64,000 nt of DNA from Setoptus koraiensis (GCA_048013815.1 CM106586.1:18600001-18664000); one strand, 5' to 3'. Positions 11,813 through 24,378 are shown, counted from the stretch's first letter. Made by a program: numbers and translations. Notes: generated by a model from the letters alone, not told the origin.

Positions 11813-14092
11813 ATGGACTCGTTCAGATTCAATTTATTTCGTCGTGCAATTTTCACTATCATCCCTGTCAATGGTTCAGCGAATTTTGTGCGGTCCCTCA
11901 AGGAAGAAGAACGAGCAACACATGTGAACCAGTCGGAGATTGACCACGACCTCAGGGCGAAAAGGCGAACATTGCTCCATGAATTGAGAGCTCGCGTAGC
12001 CATGTTTCTGATAAATAGACAACAAAAGCCTGTCTATCTTCTATTTATAGTGTTCTACTATCTTTTTGGACTCTACTATATATTCGTTGCAATGGTGCGC
12101 GGTTTTGGCAGCAAAAGTATTATCGCTGGATTAGAAGAAAAATATTTGGTCGTAGACGTGTTTTCTCCTTATACTTTCTCTCGAACGATGCACAAAGTGA
12201 TGGCGATACTTCTCATGGAAGTCTACTTATTTCATTCGAAAAGCATCATCGCAGACATGGGCATAGAGACTGGACGCCAACGACGCGATCGGGAAGCAAC
12301 ATACATTGACTGCCTTGAATTAACTCCGAGAGACTGGATGTATATTTTGGGTCTCACAGATAGAGTTCAATGCAAAGATCAGGGGCCTCCTGGGAGAATA
12401 GCTTGCAGCACCCAGCAATTCGAGCTCCAGAGGCAGGCTGCTTCATCGTCAGTTGAAGAGTATCCAAGTCGATTTCTTGGTGCAACTCACACGTACAATG
12501 AACGTAGTGGTATTGCTGTTCGTACCCCTGAATCATCAGATGTGGTCCCAAAAGATTCGGCGCCTACGAACAACAAGGAAAAGTTGTTCAATTTCGACGA
12601 TGATTTTCGAGAAATCAACAATCAGCTAAAGTTTCCGAAGCACCTTCTCGTGAACGGGTCCCCCCATATCATGGATTTGATGTCGCTCAGGATAATGTCA
12701 TATCTGGTACTGTTTGCAATGGTGGTGGCAGTAATGTTCGCCACAGCGGCTATCTGGGCTTCTTTGTTGATTGAAATTCACTACTGTGGAGATTCGGTAT
12801 TATCATTTGTCAGGCACCGCTTTTCACTCTGGTCGTCATTGGTCGTTGCTTGCATAATTATGATGTGTCAATTTACAGAGATGGGACTTTTTCTTCTTCA
12901 CTGCGCAGTGTGCTACAGCAAGGCCAATCAGACGCTCGATTTGGCCTCTCTGTTAATTGAACTGTACCGGTCCTACAGAAAATGTACTCCAAGATTCCGT
13001 ATAGAGAACTTACGAGTGACCAACGGGAACGATCAAATCAGCCGGAACAATGATATCGGCGAAGGAGAGGCCACCGTCCTGAATCATTGTCTATTGGTCG
13101 GAACAATTATCGACAGAGATGAAACAAATCCAATATGGAGTGATCTATCTAAAGATATAGATAGACTCGTCGGGATGATTATGGAGATACGCTCGGACTT
13201 CGACCACCTAAAGCGACGTTTTACACTTGACATAAACTTGGAACTTATCTTCAAGATGCCATGTGTCATAATAACTCTGTCAATGTTGATTGCCGCCAAG
13301 GACCTGAATAATTCGGAAATTCAGATGCTTTATACTACTTTGCCAATATATCTTACTCCCATCTTGGCCATCGGCTATTTTGCCGCTCTAGTCCATTCCA
13401 AGGTGATCGTCATGACATGAGTCATTTGTCTACCTAGTATTGTGACCCTATCTTCTATAACCTAGCGATGAGTGGAAAGTTATCAGCTTCGCCCATATGC
13501 CGCAAGCTATCTCGTATCGTTCTCGTTTCTCTCACTTTTATCCCGAGTCGATCTGCAATTTCCCTCCAACAATGATAAAACATGTTTTGAGAGGAAACTT
13601 GCAGGTCAGACTAGGGTATAATGTGATGATATGGGGACGTACGAAGTCACGCCGCTCACTCCTCTTATCTCCCGATTGCTATTATAACACGGTGGCTATA
13701 ACTAATATCAGATCTTTCATCCATATTTTACGTCCATCTGATTTTGACACCAGTTCAAAGCCATCTATTATGTCTTACAGAATCTCATAACCTATCATTC
13801 CCTCATGACTAGCTGGAATCTCCAGCGATTGTCGTCTATAGAAGACGATCTCAATGATATAAAAAATGTTGCGCTTTTTATCTTCACTGTAAACCCGGTG
13901 ACTTTTGGTAAATTGCCGATGGTAAGTATACCGGGAAAGTCCATTAACTTCACTTTGTGAATCCATAAATGTAGATTCTCTGTTCATCTTATTTCGTATT
14001 GTACCAATATATTCTATTCCAATATACATCTTCGATAGCTGATTGGATGGATCGCATCGGGCATAATATTGTTGTTGCAGTATGTAGTGTGA
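11813..14092 (+). CDS. Divergent gustatory receptor-like 7TM protein, copy C (~603 aa)
   Basis: Exons 11813-13402, 13754-13921 and 14039-14092 (LIGWIASGIILLLQYVV*). Confidence 0.78.
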
Positions 14093-14820
14093 AATTCTAC
14101 TCTTATGAATTGTGCTAATGCTATAAATCAAAGTGAACATTTTTCATGTATAGAATGGGAAAAACTTCATCTCAAATTAATTTCTTAAAAAGTTTTTTGT
14201 TCTTAGCATTCCGAGACCAGCCGAATGTACCTTGGATAGCGTCTATAGGGTCTGGAGGTTTGACTCATCAGTTCAAAGGAACAGATGTAAACCATAGAAA
14301 TTCTAATAGATTCGTGCCACTACTTGACATGTTTTCAGTCAGAAGTTGGTAAGCTAGGTCATTGAGTTCTGTTTTTTCGGTTCACAAATATGGAGAAAAT
14401 CACCCACACTATTTTCCCTGCTGTCTCAAGTGATGTGAGAGTTGATAATTTGATGAAGACATTTCCATCATAGTTTGGGGCGCTAATAGTGGATCGCAAC
14501 CACCAGATACTGATATTTTGAGCAATCTAGGCAATATCCTTTCATTGGTGTATAATCAATTTCTATCTTCGAGATGCGAATGATTGCATGTGATTGCAGT
14601 ATAATTCTTGAGCTTCTCAGGTACAAACAATCTGAGGCATGAGAGATTCCGTGCAATGTTACAATGTTACATGCAAAGGATATCTCTCTAGAGGATAGAA
14701 TTGAGGAGTACATATAAGATGGTTAGACTGTCAAGTGATGAGGATAAATAATAGGCTTCATTGTGCGTGCATGCAGAACACTATAGAAATTTTGTTGATT
14801 GAACTATCAAAAACTTATAC

Positions 14821-16382
14821 ATGTCAGAGAGAAAGATCAAGATAGCTTCGACACACACAAAATGCTTAAACTAACATGATTTGGATAAAAGGAATTGATG
14901 ATCCATGGAACGCTATTCTATTCTTACATTTATCTCCTTAAGATTTCTAGTGTTCGATTCAAGAGATAAAATGTATTGAGTAAAGTGTAATTCGATTAGA
15001 GACATTCGACTAAAGCTGAAATATTTCATACTTGCATCAGAGCCAAAATCTTCCAATCGAAGAGTGTAACAACCTCAGATATGCCCTCTCTTCAGTGAAT
15101 TGGAGAAATGCCACAAAAAATACAGTGTTTGAGATGCATCAATGATAGTGATATAGAGACAAAACCACCTTTTCGAATTCCGGTGATTAATTCATACCGT
15201 ATTTTACTCAATAAAGCTAGTCTTTTGCCGCACCCTATGCGTCGAAAACCTCCTGGAGATACATGATAAAATTTCCAAGATCACCTCAACAACATGAAAC
15301 CTGTAAACCAAATCCAGCATACAACACTCACCCAGAATCAGGATACACCCGCTTATCAATCAACATCGCAAATACAACCGAATACCGATAATGGACAGCA
15401 AAGGACGACTTGCAATAATGGTCTCCAGAATCAAACTGGTCTGACATATTCGAATTTAGTATATTCGTGATCGGAAGGGTCTGCTGATCACAAATATACC
15501 AATTGCATCACTCTTTAGTTTCTCGTTTAGCCGCTAGGCGGTGTTGTTGTTTTTGACTTTCGGGGCCTATATAGCCCCAGTCTCTTGTCATAGAGACACG
15601 TTATTGGTATCGTTGGATAGATCTTTAGAAGACGCATCTATAGAGGGCATAATTTTTCTCAAGACTCGACTCCAAGAATCGAATGTGCTATAATCGAAAT
15701 AACTAAACAGGTGCAGCCGCGCGTTCCTGTCTTTGCCCCACTCTCCTCATCTTAACCCTTTGGCATATCTGACAACCAGCTACACTCGTAACTTGAGTAT
15801 CGCCACTCCGAATAGCAAATTTACGATAACCATAATATCCAGCACCGCATATCAACCCTGTGTACAGTCCTATCCTGACTACTGTCCTGTCCTTATGTTT
15901 AAAAGATAGCGTCATTTCATTAATAAGCTTTTTAAGCAGTTTCATCTGGCTGGTAAGGTTAGCTTGGTTGATAATCAACTTATCCTCGTCCCATGGACTG
16001 TCTAGCCCACTGTGATGAATATCATCTAGATCCATATCTGGCACGGTGATATTGAACGAGATTGTTGTGGATTCGAGGTCAGACTCTTTAGTCACGAAAC
16101 TGACACCATTGGGTAATTTTTGAGACTGCCGGAGGAAAGTGCTGTGTGTGATTGTTGATTGTAATGTTGTTGGGGTAACAATATACGTACTATCTACGCG
16201 TGGGTTCTATTTCTTACAGTTGCACTTCACTCAATACATTTTATCTCTTGAACCGAACACTGGAAATCTTGAGGAGATAAATTTTGGAATTGCGCTTCAC
16301 ACGTCATAAAATAATTTCCTCTAAATCATGTTAGTTCAAGCGTTTTGTGTGTGTCGAAGCTATCTTGGTCATTGTCTTTGAC
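14821..16382. repeat. ~165-bp imperfect inverted repeat (arms ~14821-14990 and ~16220-16382) derived from the GR upstream module; another inverted copy at ~19583-19744
   Basis: AAGATAGCTTCGACACACACAAAA...CAAGAGATAAAATGTATTGAGT is on the plus strand at 14.84-14.98 kb and its reverse complement is at 16.23-16.37 kb. Confidence 0.85.
15703..16210 (-). other. Start-less ORF (~168 codons) resembling the C-terminal part of a membrane glycoprotein, possibly a viral env/F relic
   Basis: The frame is open from about 16210 to the TAG at 15703. It carries NIT and NLT sequons, a heptad-like helix (LTSQMKLLKKLINEMTL), and the hydrophobic segment VVRIGLYTGLICGAGYYGY followed by RK. Confidence 0.35.
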
Positions 16383-16999
16383 AACAACTTCGATTATCAA
16401 ATACAAATGAAACAGTTTTGTTTCTCAAACCGAGCATTCAATCGATAGAAAGGTTGAGAAGCCACTGACTCAAGCCACGATACGATCATGTTATAGTGAT
16501 ATTTATCATTCGATACTATTCTTGGAAATAGTTATTAAAAGCTAAAATATTTCATACGGATGATACTCAACCCTATGGAAAGATTGCTTCTGACTCAAGT
16601 GACTAAGCTGTATAGTGCGTGCAGAGAGGATTTCATCGACCTGTGGTCGATTGGGGCATCGATTACTCTTACATGTCCATGATAAGAAAATCAAGAGAGC
16701 GGCAATGAACACAGAACGATAGAACCAACAAGATTGTGACGCTGAGAATTTATGGTGCAAGAAGTGCGATTCCAAACTTCTGGTCGCGGACAATTCCTGG
16801 AAAGATCCCAATGTGACTGATCCTAGTGATTGAACACGTTTAGTGCAATTTTAAAACACACACTCAACAAATGGCGAAAGAAATTTACGAAGTAAATCGG
16901 AAATGGAATGGAAACAAGTGAAGAGAAAGAATAAAACGGTACTAAAACGTGAAAAGGTTTCTGAGCGTTTACTTTCGTATGTAAGCGGATATTATTGAG

Positions 17000-19230
17000 A
17001 TGGATTCAATCAAATTCAATTTATTTCAGCTTTCAATTTTCGTTGTCATATACCTCATCGGTTCAGGAAATTTCGTGCGTCCACCTGGGGAAGAAGCAAC
17101 ACATAAGGACCAGCCGAAGACCAGCAACGAGCAGAGAGCGAGGAAGCGATCATTGCTCGATGGAATGGGAGCTCGCGTCGTCATATTTCTGAGAAACAGA
17201 CAACAGAAACCGATCTTTCTTTTATGGGTATTCTTTTCTTATCATATTGGGCTTTATCTCCTATTCGTTAACATGGTGCGCGGCTTCGGCAGCAAAAGTC
17301 TTATAGCTCGATTAGAATATTTATTGGTCGACTCATGGACTCCTTATGGCTGCAGTCGGTTGGCCAGCAGAGTTGCAGCAATACTTATCACAGAAGCTTA
17401 CACGTTCCGCACGATGAAGATCGTCGCAGACATGGGGATCGAGACTGGACGTCAACGATACGATCGGGCAGCAACATACATTAATTGCCTTAAATTAACT
17501 CCAAGAGCCTGGATGTATATTTTGGGTCTCAAAGATAAAGTTCGATGCAAAGATAAAACGCATCGTGAGAAAATCGTCCCCAGCACTAAGCAAAGCGAGC
17601 TTCAGTGCAAAGCTGCTTCATCATCAGATGAGGCGCATCAAGATCGATTTCGTATTGCACATCGCGAAATTAGTGACGCTGGTGTCCATGTTCGTGACTT
17701 ATCCATCACGATTCGAGAAGATTCGGCGAAAGGGGGTCGCACAAGAAAAAGATTCAATTTTGACAATGACTTCCGAGAAATTGATTATCAGCTGAAATTT
17801 CCAGAGTACCTAATCGTGAACGGATCTCCACATATCATGGATTTGATGGCACTCAGGATCAGTGTTTACCTGGCGCTATTGAGCATATTTGGGGCAGGAA
17901 CGATCGCTCTTGCACTTGTGCCGTATTTATTCTCGATTGAACTACACTACTGTCGCAATTCCGTGCCATTATTCATCAAGTTCCGTCTATTGAGTTATAT
18001 TTCGACATTCACCGTTATCGCCATCGCACTGGAGCAATTTTCAGAGATGGGACTTTTTCTTCTTAACTGTGGAGTCTGCTACAGTAAGGCTATGCAGACG
18101 CAACACTTGATATCACAGTTAATTGAACTATATCGGTCCTACGGAAAACAAACTTTGAGTTTCTGCGCACCGAAATCTGAACAGAGTTCAGTCAGCTTCA
18201 GGAATCACCGTCCACTAAGCTACTTACTCATCGATAAATATGGAACGAATTCGATATGCAGAGCTCATTCGGAAGAAATAGACAGGCTCGTCGAGATGAT
18301 TATGGAGATACGCTCGGACTTAGACCAACTGAAGCGACGTTATACACTTGACATAAACATGGAACTTTTTTTCAAGATGCCGAGTGTCATACTGACTCTA
18401 TCAGCGATCATGGGACCGCACAACCTGAGCGTCGCGGTAGTTAAAGCAATTTGTATGGTTTTGCCAGGATATTTTGCTCCCATCTTAGTCCTCAGTTTTT
18501 TTGCTGCTCTTGTCCATTCTAAGGTGAACATCACAACAATTGTCATTCGCCTTGTGACCCAATCTTCTGTGGCGCAGCGCTGAGTTTAAAGTTATGATCG
18601 CCGCTTACTCCTCTCAGAGAGCCGTATGTGCTATACGCTATCTAGCATCTTCTACGTTTTCTCTAATCTTGCCCCGACTTGGCCTACGATTTAGCCCTAG
18701 TAATAACGAAGCATGCCTCAGAGGATAAGTTGTAGGTCAGGGTGGGATGGGATGTGAGCAAATGTGCTGATATGAGGACGTGCGGAATCACGCTGCTCAC
18801 TCCTGTAATCTCCCATCATTCGATGACCATAACTAATATCATATACTTTATCCATATTTTACATCCATCGAAACATGTCTCCAGTTCAAGGCCATCTATT
18901 ATGCCTTACAGAATCTCATGACCTACAATTCTTTCATGACTAGCTGGGATCTTCAACGACTGTCGTCAATAGAAGATGATCTCCATGATATCGACAATGT
19001 GGCGCTCTTTATCTTCGTTACAAGCCCGCTTACTTTTGGTAATTTGCCAATGGTAAGTTAATCATCGGAGAGGGAGAATCTCGCACTGCGATTTCTCGAC
19101 TGTTGACACTGTATGATTACGTCATATTTCTCATGTTGCGCCAACACATTCTCTTCCAATATACATATTCTCATAGCTGATTGGTTGGATCGTATCGGGC
19201 ATTATATTGTTGATACAGTATTACGTCTAA
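17000..19230 (+). CDS. Divergent gustatory receptor-like 7TM protein, copy D (~581 aa)
   Basis: Exons 17000-18523, 18885-19052 and 19177-19230 (LIGWIVSGIILLIQYYV*). Confidence 0.78.
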
Positions 19231-20517
19231 GATTCTCATCTTAGGAATTGTGCTTATACATGTCGAATAAATTGAAGTGGTTTCGCGTATATAGGGTGAA
19301 ACTTCCCTCTGAATCTCGCTGCGCGAGAAGTGAAGCCAAGCTCAACCTTTGCATGAGACAGATGAAGATGATTTCAACCCAAACAATCTCCCTTGAACTA
19401 CCACGATAGCAAGGCCATGATTGATGGCCGAAGAGAGATTCTATCATGTGTCTCCAGGAGGATGGTGCAAATATTTCTAGCTTCAAATGCCTTTCATGTC
19501 TATCGCTTCACTCCTTCTCTGACATTTCCGATAAACTTAGTGAATTTTCTTCCCTAGTCAATGGACTGTCTCTAATCTAGCTACATTTTACTCGATACAT
19601 GTTATCTCTTTAATCAAGCACTAGAAGTCTCGAGGAGATAAATTTTAGAATAGCGCATCCAAGAACCTAAATTCCCCACCTCAAAATCATGTCAGTTCAA
19701 GCGGTTTGTGTGTGTCGAAACTATCTTGTTCTTTCTCCCTGACAATAGTTTCGTTTATCGAATACCTATAAAACAGTTTTGTTTCTCAAACTAAGCATTC
19801 AATCGATAAAAGTTGTGATTATGTTAGTGAGGTAGCAAATCTCGGAAGGCCCGGGACTCGGGGCTTTGTGGAACAATGTACACTCGGACCACGATACCTT
19901 CATGTTATGGTGATATTTATCACTCGATACTAATCTTGGAAATAGTTATCAAAAGCTGGAATATTTCATACGGATGATACTCGACCCTATGGAAAGATTG
20001 CTTCTGACTCAAGTGACGCCAATGCGACTACAAGAAACTGATATTTTTAGAAATTCAGAGGTCATGTGCATTTCGGTTTCCACTAATATGGTTCGAATGT
20101 CAAAACATTGCCATCAATAATAAGCTGCATAGTGCGTGCAGAGAGGATTTCATCGAACTGTGGTCGATTGGGGCATCGAGTACTCATACATGTCCAATAA
20201 GAAGATCGGGAAAGCTTCAACAAACAAAAAACGCTCGAACCAACAAGGTTCTGACGCTGAGAATTTATGGTGCATGAAGCGAGATTCTAAACTTCTGGTC
20301 GCGAACAATTCCTGGAAAGATCCCAATGTGACTGATCCTAATGATTGAACACATTAAGGAGAGTGCAATTTCAAAACACATATTCGAACTGGCGAAAGAA
20401 ATTTACGAAGTTAATCGGAAATGGAATGGAAACAACGGATTAGAAAGAATAAAACGGTACTAAAACGCGAAAAGGTTTCTGAGCGTTTACTTTCGTATGT
20501 AAGCGGATATTATTGAG

Positions 20518-22799
20518 ATGGATTCAATCAAATTCAATTTATTTCAGCTTTCAATTTTCGTTGTCATATACCTCATCGGTTCAGGAAATTTCGTGCGTCC
20601 ACCTGAGGAAGGAGAAGGTGCAACACATGAGGACCAGCCGGAGATCAGCAAGGAGCCGAGAGTAAAGAAGCGATCATTGCTCGATGGAATGGGAGCTCGC
20701 GTCGTCATATTTCTGAGAAACAGACAACAAAAACCGATCTTTCTTCTATGGGTATTTTTTTCTTATCATATTGGGCTTTACCTCCTATTCGTTAACATGG
20801 TGCGCGGCTTCGGCAGCAAAAGTCTTATAGCTCGATTAGAATATTTATTGGTCGACACATGGGCTCCTTATGGCTGCAGTCGGTTGGCCAGCAGAGTCGC
20901 AACAATACTTATCACAGAAGCTTTCATGTTTCGTACGAGGAACATCGTCGCAGACATGGGGATCGAGACTGGGCGCCAACGGTGGGATCGAGCAGCAACA
21001 TACATTAATTGCCTTAAATTAACTCCAAGAGCCTGGATGTATATTTTGGGTCTCACATATCGAGTTCAATGCAAAGATAAAACGCATCGTGAAAGAATCA
21101 TCCGCAACACTAAGCAATGCGAGCTTCAGTTCGAAGTTGCTTCATCATCAGATAGGGCGCATCAAGATCGAATTTGTATTGCACATCGCGAAATTAGTGA
21201 CGCTGGTGTCCATGTTCGTGACTTATCCATCACGATTCGAGAAGATTCGGCGAAAGTGGGTCGCACAAGAAAAAGATTCAATTTTGACAATGACTTTCGA
21301 GAAATTGATTATCAGCTGAAATTTCCAGAGTACCTACTCGTGAACGGATCTCCACATATCATGGATTTAATGACACTAAGGATCAGTGTTTACCTGGTGC
21401 TATTGTGCATATTTGTGGTAGGAACGATCGCTCTTGCACTTGTGTGGATTTTATTTTCGATTGAACTGCACTATTGTGGCAATTCCTTGCCATTATTCAT
21501 CAAGTTCCGTCTATTGAGTTATATTTCGATGTTCACCGTTTTCACCATCGCAATGGAGCAATTTTCAGAGATGGGACTTTTTCTCCTTCACTGTGCAGTT
21601 TGCTACAGTAAGGCTAAGCAGACGCAACACTTGATATCACAGTTAATTGAACTATATCGGTCTTATGGAAAACAAACTTTGAGCTTCGGCGCACCGAAAT
21701 CTGAACAGAGCAACGCAAACGGAATCTATTCCACTACCAGTGACAACGAAATCAGCGAAGGCGAGGCTAGCTTCACAAATCCGCTAAGCTATACACTCAT
21801 CGATAAGTATGTAACGAATTCGATATGCAGTGCTCTATCGGAAGAAATAGACAGGCTCATCGAGATGATTATGGAGATACGCTCGGACCTAGACCAACTG
21901 AAGCGACGTTATACACGTGACATAAACATGGAACTTTTTTTCAAGATGCCGAGTGTTATACTGACTCTATCATCGGTCATGGGACCGCACAACCTGAGCG
22001 TCACGGTAGTTAGAGCAATTTATATGGTTTTGCCAGGATATTTTACTCCCATCTTAGTCCTCAGTTTTTTTGCTGCTCTTGTCCATTCTAAGGTGAACAT
22101 CACAACAATTGTCATTCGCCTTGTGACCCAATCTTCTGTGGCGCAGCGCTGAGTTAAATGTTATGATCGCCGCTTACTTCTCTCAGATAGCATTACATGC
22201 TATACGCTATCCAGCATCTTCTACGTTTTCTCTAATCTTGCCCCGACTTGGCCTACGATTTAGCCCTAGTAATGACGAAGCATGCCTCAGAGGATAAGTT
22301 GTAGGTCAGGGTGGGATGGGATGTGAGCAAATGTGCTGATATGAGGACGTGCGGAATCACGCTGCTCACTCCTGTGGTCTCCCATCATTCGATGACCATA
22401 ACTAAAATCAAACACTTTATCCACATTTTACATCCATCGAAACATGTCTCCAGTTCAAGGCCATCTATTATGCCTTACAGAATCTCATGACCTACAATTC
22501 TTTCATGACTAGCTGGGATCTTCAACGACTGTCATCAATAGAAGATGATCTCCATGATATCGACAATGTGGCGCTATTTATCTTCGTTACATGCCCGCTT
22601 ACTTTTGGTAATTTGCCAATGGTAAGTTAATCATTGGAGAGGGAGAATCTCGCACTGCGATTTCTCGACTGTTGACACTGTATGATTACGTCATATTTCT
22701 CATGTTGCGCCAACACATTCTCTTCCAATATACATATTCTCATAGCTGATTGGTTGGATCGCATCGGGCATTATATTGCTGATACAGTATTACGTTTAA
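20518..22799 (+). CDS. Divergent gustatory receptor-like 7TM protein, copy E (~598 aa), recent duplicate of D
   Basis: Exons 20518-22092, 22454-22621 and 22746-22799 (LIGWIASGIILLIQYYV*). Introns are nearly identical to those of copy D. Confidence 0.78.
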
Positions 22800-22900
22800 G
22801 ATTCTCATCTTAGGAATTGTGCTTATACATGTCGAATAAATTGAAGTGGTTTCGCGTATATAGGGTGAAACTTCCCTCTGAATCTCGCTGCGTGAAAAGT

Positions 22901-23177
22901 GAAGATGATCTCCATGATATCGACAATGTGGCGCTCTTTATCTTCGTTACATGCCCGCTTACTTTTGGTAATTTGCCAATGGTAAGTTAACCATTGGAGA
23001 GTGAGAATCTCGCACTGTGATTTCTCGACTGTTGACACTGTATGATTACGTCATATTTCTCATGTTGCGCCAACACATTCTCTTCCAATATACATATTCT
23101 CATAGCTGATTGGATGGATCGTACATGTATCGGGAATTTTATTGTTGATACAGTTTCGCGTCGCGATAATAAAATAG
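22901..23177 (+). other. Tandem partial duplication of GR copy E (3' part of exon 2, intron 2, diverged exon 3b)
   Basis: 22901-23105 copies 22541-22745. Exon 3b at 23106-23177 reads LIGWIVHVSGILLLIQFRVAIIK* behind an intact acceptor. Confidence 0.85.
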
Positions 23178-23847
23178 TGTATAAACTGTGTGCTTTATGG
23201 GGAGCGTAGGGGCACAATAAACGACGGTTCTAAATTAGAACTTCAAAAAATTGCATAGAAAGAGTGGGTTCTTTCAATGAAACATCAAAGTAGAGGCTGT
23301 AAACATCGCTTGAGCATTATTTGACTTATATCTAACAAAGAAGCGAAAATTGCTGCGAAAGAATCAATTCTGGCATCATCAGTTGTTGATACCTAGGTAG
23401 ATTTAAGGAAACAGATGGAATAACATGTGTTTCTTCAACTTTTGATTAGAGAATTTACTACTATTCTCAAGTTCCACACGAAATATCCACAAAAAGTTTT
23501 TGTGTGGATATTTCGTGACAAAATCATATATTCACACTCATGATGACTCACGTGACTCATATATCCAATAGCCTATTTTTACAGTCGCTACTTTAACCTT
23601 TGAATAAAAAAGCTTATGCTCCGAATGTGACTGTACGACTATCTTGTATGTGCACCTGGTATTTTTTGTATGTGCAAAACCGGGCACAGGCTGCGGGGGA
23701 GGAAGCCTCTTCCATGGGGAGGAGGAGGGAGCTCCCGTGATCAGAAAAAATTGGTGCACGTTTAAAACATGCGCCGCTTTCTCAGAAACAAAATTTGTCG
23801 CATTTCTCATCTTATTACAGTGAGAATCTCACTGAAAGATTCAACCA

Positions 23848-24315
23848 ATGATGGCCTCAAACGGCCAAACAAAATCCATGCTGATGAGGCTGATCAATAT
23901 CATCAGGACAAGTTACAGCAGCAAACCGAAACATCAGAAGAAATATGTTGGCGAGGACTTTATGGGCAACAAATACTATGAATACTTTAGGCCGAATAGT
24001 GTAAGGCAACATCAGAGGCACTTTGAAAGACCCAAGATTATGGAGAGCAAACAAGTTCAAGATATTCTCGATAGGCCAGTGCCGCCAGCATGGGACGCTT
24101 GGCTTAGATTTCGGCGCACCGAACCGCCAACGGCCGAAGAAGTTCAAGAGGGAATAGATTATTTTGAGATGCAACAAAGTAGAGCAGCTGAGATGAAAGC
24201 CAAGGACGAAATCGAGCGTCGCAAAGAGTATCCCCTTGAGGAGCCTTTCAAGAAAAACGAAGCCAACAGCATACCCAAGTCCAGCCTCCAGGGTTCAACA
24301 AATGAGAAAAAATGA
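23848..24315 (+). CDS. NDUFAF2: NADH dehydrogenase complex I assembly factor 2 (mimitin, NDUFA12 family)
   Basis: Motifs VGEDFMGNKYYE and PPAWDAWLRFRRTEPPTAEE match the NDUFA12/NDUFAF2 family. The basic N-terminus resembles a mitochondrial presequence. Single exon. Confidence 0.85.
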   Translation: MMASNGQTKSMLMRLINIIRTSYSSKPKHQKKYVGEDFMGNKYYEYFRPNSVRQHQRHFERPKIMESKQVQDILDRPVPPAWDAWLRFRRTEPPTAEEVQEGIDYFEMQQSRAAEMKAKDEIERRKEYPLEEPFKKNEANSIPKSSLQGSTNEKK

Positions 24316-24378
24316 TTTTTCATTCTCATCAATTTAGTCATATTGTTGATATTCAAGGTGTTCTGTTTAATATTGCCT

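Noticed and set aside
15740-15800. GCQICQRVK as a retroviral integrase HHCC zinc finger
   Set aside because: The His pair is missing at the right spacing, no DDE core follows, and the motif lies after a TM-like segment.
6398-21319. Short antisense or alternate-frame ORFs overlapping the GR genes
   Set aside because: Their recurrence is explained by paralogy of the main frame, and they have no independent features.
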